DNA of 64,000 nucleotides from Escherichia coli (GTDB lineage Bacteria; Pseudomonadota; Gammaproteobacteria; Enterobacterales; Enterobacteriaceae): NCBI RefSeq assembly GCF_036507355.1, contig NZ_AP027877.1; one strand, 5' to 3'. Shown piece by piece: positions 57,010 to 64,000 of this stretch (position 1 is its first letter; each line of letters starts with the position of its first letter). The notes under the pieces were generated by a model. It saw only the letters and a program-made list of their open reading frames with translations, ran no database searches and was not told where the DNA came from. The position numbers and the translations under genes were made by a program.

Positions 57010-57537
57010 TCACTTTACCCGACTGCACATCGCTATTGACAGGTCGCAATTGCGCATAAAAGTTAATGGCACCTTACCGCTATGTAGGCTGTAGTCTTTA
57101 CTCGCCTGGTTAAGCGGAATCAATATCTTCGCATCATCCAGAATCGCAATTGCCAGCCCGCTGGCTGCATCCGTACCACTTTCAATGGACAACATTTCGC
57201 TCTGCACTCCGTCGGGGGTTCCTGAAAAGGTGACGTCAACCGTGCTGACATCTGTTCCGCAATCCTGCAAATTAATGATGAAAGATTTCTCCGGGCCATA
57301 ATTCCCATGAGAAAAACGTGTCAGTGAGACATCGCCTAACTGCACATTGATTTGCTTGCTATCCTGTGCCAGCACGCATGTATTACGGCGAAACGCTCCG
57401 CTAATGTTGACCGTGCCATCATGGGCAAATAGCTCACAACCCCCCGTTAATCCCAGTAAGAACAGAATCCAGATTATCCGTTTCAACATCACTCCTTCAC
57501 TGGTAAACCAGATCAAAATAGAGAACCGCCGTCGCAT
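57010..57537 (-). CDS. ycbV: Fimbrial subunit-like protein YcbV
   Basis: ORF with signal peptide; real start may be the internal MLKRIIWILFLL at 57489. Confidence 0.78.
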   Translation of the reverse strand: MRRRFSILIWFTSEGVMLKRIIWILFLLGLTGGCELFAHDGTVNISGAFRRNTCVLAQDSKQINVQLGDVSLTRFSHGNYGPEKSFIINLQDCGTDVSTVDVTFSGTPDGVQSEMLSIESGTDAASGLAIAILDDAKILIPLNQASKDYSLHSGKVPLTFMRNCDLSIAMCSRVK

Positions 57538-58039
57538 TACCGCCCGTTGCTCCCGCCTTTGTGGACTTATAACGAAGTTGATATTTGAGTGTGTTATCCC
57601 CGGCTTTTAAGGGCGTAAGAGGCTGGACCTGATTGAGCGGGATTTCTTGCTGACTTTGCGCATCAAGAATTTGCACGGCAATCCCCGTTGCCATACCACC
57701 GCTTCCGCCTGTGTCAGTTAGTTTGAGCAGTGTCGGCGCAAGGGTGTCAGCCTCGCCGCTAAAAAGGACGTCCGCGCCAGTAATACCAGCGGCACAACCG
57801 GTGATATCGATATTCAAATCAGCAGCAGTGCTTACGGTATTCGCGGCCTGAAAATCACTGATATTAAAATCGCCAATATGAATATTTTGTAATGCACTTT
57901 TGGTGGTGACATCACAGCCCTGATCGACCACATTCCCATAAATATGCATACTAACTTGTTCAGGCCCAGCCATCCCAACATGGATGTTAAGAATGCTAAA
58001 GAACAAGATAACGCACTGAAATATCGTTTTTTTCTTCAT
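57497..58039 (-). CDS. ycbU: Fimbrial subunit-like protein YcbU
   Basis: 180-aa ORF with signal peptide and pilin-like C-terminus. Confidence 0.8.
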   Translation of the reverse strand: MKKKTIFQCVILFFSILNIHVGMAGPEQVSMHIYGNVVDQGCDVTTKSALQNIHIGDFNISDFQAANTVSTAADLNIDITGCAAGITGADVLFSGEADTLAPTLLKLTDTGGSGGMATGIAVQILDAQSQQEIPLNQVQPLTPLKAGDNTLKYQLRYKSTKAGATGGNATAVLYFDLVYQ

Positions 58040-58050
58040 AGGTTCACGCG

Positions 58051-61269
<3,219 letters not shown>

Positions 61270-61284
61270 GGTAATGACTCCAAC

Positions 61285-61788
61285 TTACTGATAGTGTTTT
61301 ATGTTCAGATAATGCCCGATGACCTTGTCATGCAGCTCCACCGATTTTGAGAACGACAGTGACTTCCGTCCCAGCCTTGCCAGATGTTGTCTCAGATTCA
61401 GATTATGTCGCTCAATGCGCTGAGTGTAACGCTTGCTGATAACGTGCAGCTTTCCCTTCAGGCGTGATTCATACAGCGGCCAGCCATCCGTCATCCATAC
61501 CACGACCTCAAAGGCCGACAGCAGGCTCAGAAGACGCTCCAGTGTGGCCAGAGTGCGTTCACCGAAGACGTGCGCCACAACCGTCCTCCGTATCCTGTCA
61601 TACGCGTAAAACAGCCAGCGCTGACGTGATTTAGCACCGACGTAGCCCCACTGTTCGTCCATTTCAGCGCAGACAATCACATCACTGCCCGGTTGTATGC
61701 GCGAGGTTACCGACTGCGGCCTGAGTTTTTTAAGTGACGTAAAACCGTGTTGAGGCCAACGCCCATAATGCGTGCACTGGCGCGACAT
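61285..61788 (-). CDS. insB: IS1 InsB (transposase C-terminal part, made as InsAB' by -1 frameshift)
   Basis: 167-aa ORF ...[58 protein letters not shown]... Confidence 0.93.
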   Translation of the reverse strand: MSRQCTHYGRWPQHGFTSLKKLRPQSVTSRIQPGSDVIVCAEMDEQWGYVGAKSRQRWLFYAYDRIRRTVVAHVFGERTLATLERLLSLLSAFEVVVWMTDGWPLYESRLKGKLHVISKRYTQRIERHNLNLRQHLARLGRKSLSFSKSVELHDKVIGHYLNIKHYQ

Positions 61789-61982
61789 CCGACGCCATTC
61801 ATGGCCATATCAATGATTTTCTGGTGCGTACCGGGCTGAGAGGTGGTGTAAGTGAACTGTAGTTGCCATGTTTTACGGCAATGAGAGCAGAGATAGCGCT
61901 GATGTCCGGCAGTGCTTTTGCCGTTACGCACCACGCCTTCAGTAGCGGAGCAGGAAGGACATCTGATGGAAATGGAAGCCAC
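61707..61982 (-). CDS. insA: IS1 InsA (transposition inhibitor/DNA-binding)
   Basis: 91-aa [46 protein letters not shown] (zinc-finger Cys pattern); A6C slippery site (minus-strand AAAAAAC) at 61725-61731. Confidence 0.93.
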   Translation of the reverse strand: MASISIRCPSCSATEGVVRNGKSTAGHQRYLCSHCRKTWQLQFTYTTSQPGTHQKIIDMAMNGVGCRASARIMGVGLNTVLRHLKNSGRSR

Positions 61983-62037
61983 GCAAGCACCTTAAAATCA
62001 CCATCATACACTAAATCAGTAAGTTGGCAGCATTACC

Positions 62038-62296
62038 CAAAATTGACGTTGCGCGTATCTACAATTGTCTGATTCAGAACAATATCGACACGATAAACCC
62101 CTGGCGTTATTTTTTGTCCTTTTTCGAAACGAGACAAATCGGCCACCATTGAGGGATCATCTTTGAAAAAGGCTGGATCGAACCAGGTTTCAGCTTGTGC
62201 ATTGAACGCTGCCGACACAAACACCACCAGCCCACCAATAAACGATGGCACTCCACCAGAGCTTAACAGGCTGTGTTGTCGGTGAGTTCTATACAT
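62038..62296 (-). pseudogene. elfC: elfC (ycbS) usher, N-terminal fragment (signal peptide + first ~86 codons)
   Basis: MYRTHRQHSLLSSGGVPSFIGGLVVFVSAAFNAQAETWFDPAFFKDDPSMVADLSRFEKGQKITPGVYRVDIVLNQ... parallels FimD N-terminus; runs into IS1 end. Confidence 0.88.
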
Positions 62297-62320
62297 CTCG
62301 CTCTCTTAACTGAAGACGAA

Positions 62321-63022
62321 TTACGATTTACAGTTGAGTTGCGGCGTTTCCGCCCCGTAGTCATTGATGGTTCGATACGTTACGCTGCTATTTTTGGCAC
62401 CCTTTGGCAGAGAGAATTGGTATTTATCAAAGGGGGAAATCATTTGATTTTTAACTACCTTTCCACCTATTTTCAGGTCTGTCAGGGTAATGAAATAAGG
62501 TGTTGGGTTACTGACCGTAACCATGTCAGCTGACGAAGTGCAACGCAGTTTCGCCGGAGCCTCGCCTAAGGGATACGCTAAACCTTTTGGTCGCCAGAAA
62601 AGTTTGATGACGCTTTGTGTGGCAATCTTCAGGGTATTTCCCTCTTCCCGCTTCGTTGTTGAAGGGACTGCCCGTACGCTAGTGAAGAAAAGGGTTTCTC
62701 TGTCTTTCGCCAACGGCGCACCAATGTACATAATGCGTAACAGATTCTCATTAGCCGGATTCAGCACAAATAGCGGTGGTGTAATAATAAAGTCTGCTGA
62801 TTTTTTATTATCTGGGGTCATCACCCATGACTGAATAAGATAAGGAACATCCGGACTGGTGTTACGTACACCCAGTGAAATTTGCTCTTCACCTTCTGAA
62901 TAAACAAGACGTGTTGCTGCAAGTCCAATCCCGCCTTTACCTGCCGCCCATGCGGATGAGCAGCTGAGTAATATTGCCGTTAAACTTACGGTCACAATTC
63001 CCTTTGTTATGCAAGTTTTCAT
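62321..63022 (-). CDS. elfD: Periplasmic fimbrial chaperone ElfD (YcbR)
   Basis: 233-aa ORF, signal peptide, chaperone-type block ATRLVYSEGEEQISLGVRNTSPDVPYLIQSWV. Confidence 0.88.
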   Translation of the reverse strand: MKTCITKGIVTVSLTAILLSCSSAWAAGKGGIGLAATRLVYSEGEEQISLGVRNTSPDVPYLIQSWVMTPDNKKSADFIITPPLFVLNPANENLLRIMYIGAPLAKDRETLFFTSVRAVPSTTKREEGNTLKIATQSVIKLFWRPKGLAYPLGEAPAKLRCTSSADMVTVSNPTPYFITLTDLKIGGKVVKNQMISPFDKYQFSLPKGAKNSSVTYRTINDYGAETPQLNCKS

Positions 63023-63125
63023 AAATAGTCACTCTTAAAAAATATGAATATCCCCTCCAGAACACTGGAGGAGTACAAATTAATAAAACAATTAATGAGT
63101 TCTATTAATAGGTAATGACTCCAAC

Positions 63126-63629
63126 TTATTGATAGTGTTTTATGTTCAGATAATGCCCGATGACTTTGTCATGCAGCTCCACCGATTTTGAGAACGACAG
63201 CGACTTCCGTCCCAGCCGTGCCAGGTGCTGCCTCAGATTCAGGTTATGCCGCTCAATTCGCTGCGTATATCGCTTGCTGATTACGTGCAGCTTTCCCTTC
63301 AGGCGGGATTCATACAGCGGCCAGCCATCCGTCATCCATATCACCACGTCAAAGGGTGACAGCAGGCTCATAAGACGCCCCAGCGTCGCCATCGTGCGTT
63401 CACCGAATACGTGCGCAACAACCGTCTTCCGGAGCCTGTCATACGCGTAAAACAGCCAGCGCTGGCGCGATTTAGCCCCGACATAGCCCCACTGTTCGTC
63501 CATTTCCGCGCAGACGATGACGTCACTGCCCGGCTGTATGCGCGAGGTTACCGACTGCGGCCTGAGTTTTTTAAGTGACGTAAAATCGTGTTGAGGCCAA
63601 CGCCCATAATGCGGGCTGTTGCCCGGCAT
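63126..63629 (-). CDS. insB: IS1 InsB
   Basis: 167-aa ORF; differs from the InsB of the first copy at 14 residues by my reading. Confidence 0.93.
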
Positions 63630-63823
63630 CCAACGCCATTCATGGCCATATCAATGATTTTCTGGTGCGTACCGGGTTGAGAAGCGGTGTAAGTGAACTG
63701 CAGTTGCCATGTTTTACGGCAGTGAGAGCAGAGATAGCGCTGATGTCCGGCGGTGCTTTTGCCGTTACGCACCACCCCGTCAGTAGCTGAACAGGAGGGA
63801 CAGCTGATAGAAACAGAAGCCAC
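63548..63823 (-). CDS. insA: IS1 InsA
   Basis: 91-aa [46 protein letters not shown]; slippery site at 63565-63571. Confidence 0.93.
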
Positions 63824-64000
63824 TGGAGCACCTCAAAAACACCATCATACACTAAATCAGTAAGTTGGCAGCATCACCGAGTAATTCATTGATTCAACAT
63901 CTAATGACTATCCAATAAATAAATATGCGTGATATATAAAGCCCTTTCTTTAGTTTATTTTCAGAAAAAGATACACAAAATTTATATTTGGCATTTTCTT

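Larger units (their letters stand above)
61270..62037 (-). mobile_element. IS1 element (768 bp), divergent isoform, inserted in elfC
   Basis: Ends GGTAATGACTCCAACTTACTGAT ... ATCAGTAAGTTGGCAGCATTACC (IS1 terminal inverted repeats); encodes InsA and InsB; flanked by 8-bp direct repeat CAAAATTG. Confidence 0.95.
63111..63878 (-). mobile_element. IS1 element (768 bp), canonical-type isoform
   Basis: Ends GGTAATGACTCCAACTTATTGAT ... ATCAGTAAGTTGGCAGCATCACC; encodes InsA/InsB; no matching direct repeat at flanks (CTATTAATA vs GAGTAATTC). Confidence 0.95.

Noticed and set aside
61270-63878. Idea that the two IS1 copies are a recent tandem duplication
   Set aside because: The copies differ at many positions throughout, including the terminal repeats (CATTACC vs CATCACC) and 14 InsB residues, so they are distinct isoforms from independent events.

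Overview
This window reads as an Escherichia coli chromosomal backbone segment, not K-12 itself, colinear with the K-12 torCAD to pyrD/elf region in reverse orientation. I did not find a convincing novel multi-gene system; almost every ORF matches a well-known E. coli gene by my reading of the translations (no database search was run). Gene order along the window: torA (3' truncated by window edge), torC, torR, torT, torS, yccM, gnsA, ymcE, cspG, cspH, gfcABCDE-etp-etk (group 4 capsule), appA-appX-appB-appC, hyaFEDCBA, tRNA-Ser serT, yccA, tusE, yccX, rlmI, hspQ, yccU, yccT, mgsA, helD, yccF, yccS, sxy, sulA, ompA, matP, ycbZ, fabA, rmf, pqiCBA, uup, rlmL, ycbX, zapC, pyrD, then the ycbF-ycbV-ycbU-elfG-elfC-elfD fimbrial operon. 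The parts that depart from the reference are: (1) two IS1 copies of different isoforms in the elf operon, one splitting the usher gene elfC with an 8-bp target duplication, the other with no duplication and with elfA apparently missing; (2) an IS-free region upstream of gfcA, where K-12 carries an IS1 by my recollection; (3) variant OmpA surface loops. Two small genes absent from the ORF track were recovered by reading the sequence: rmf (55 aa) and appX (30 aa). No CRISPR array, prophage or integrase was seen, including at serT.
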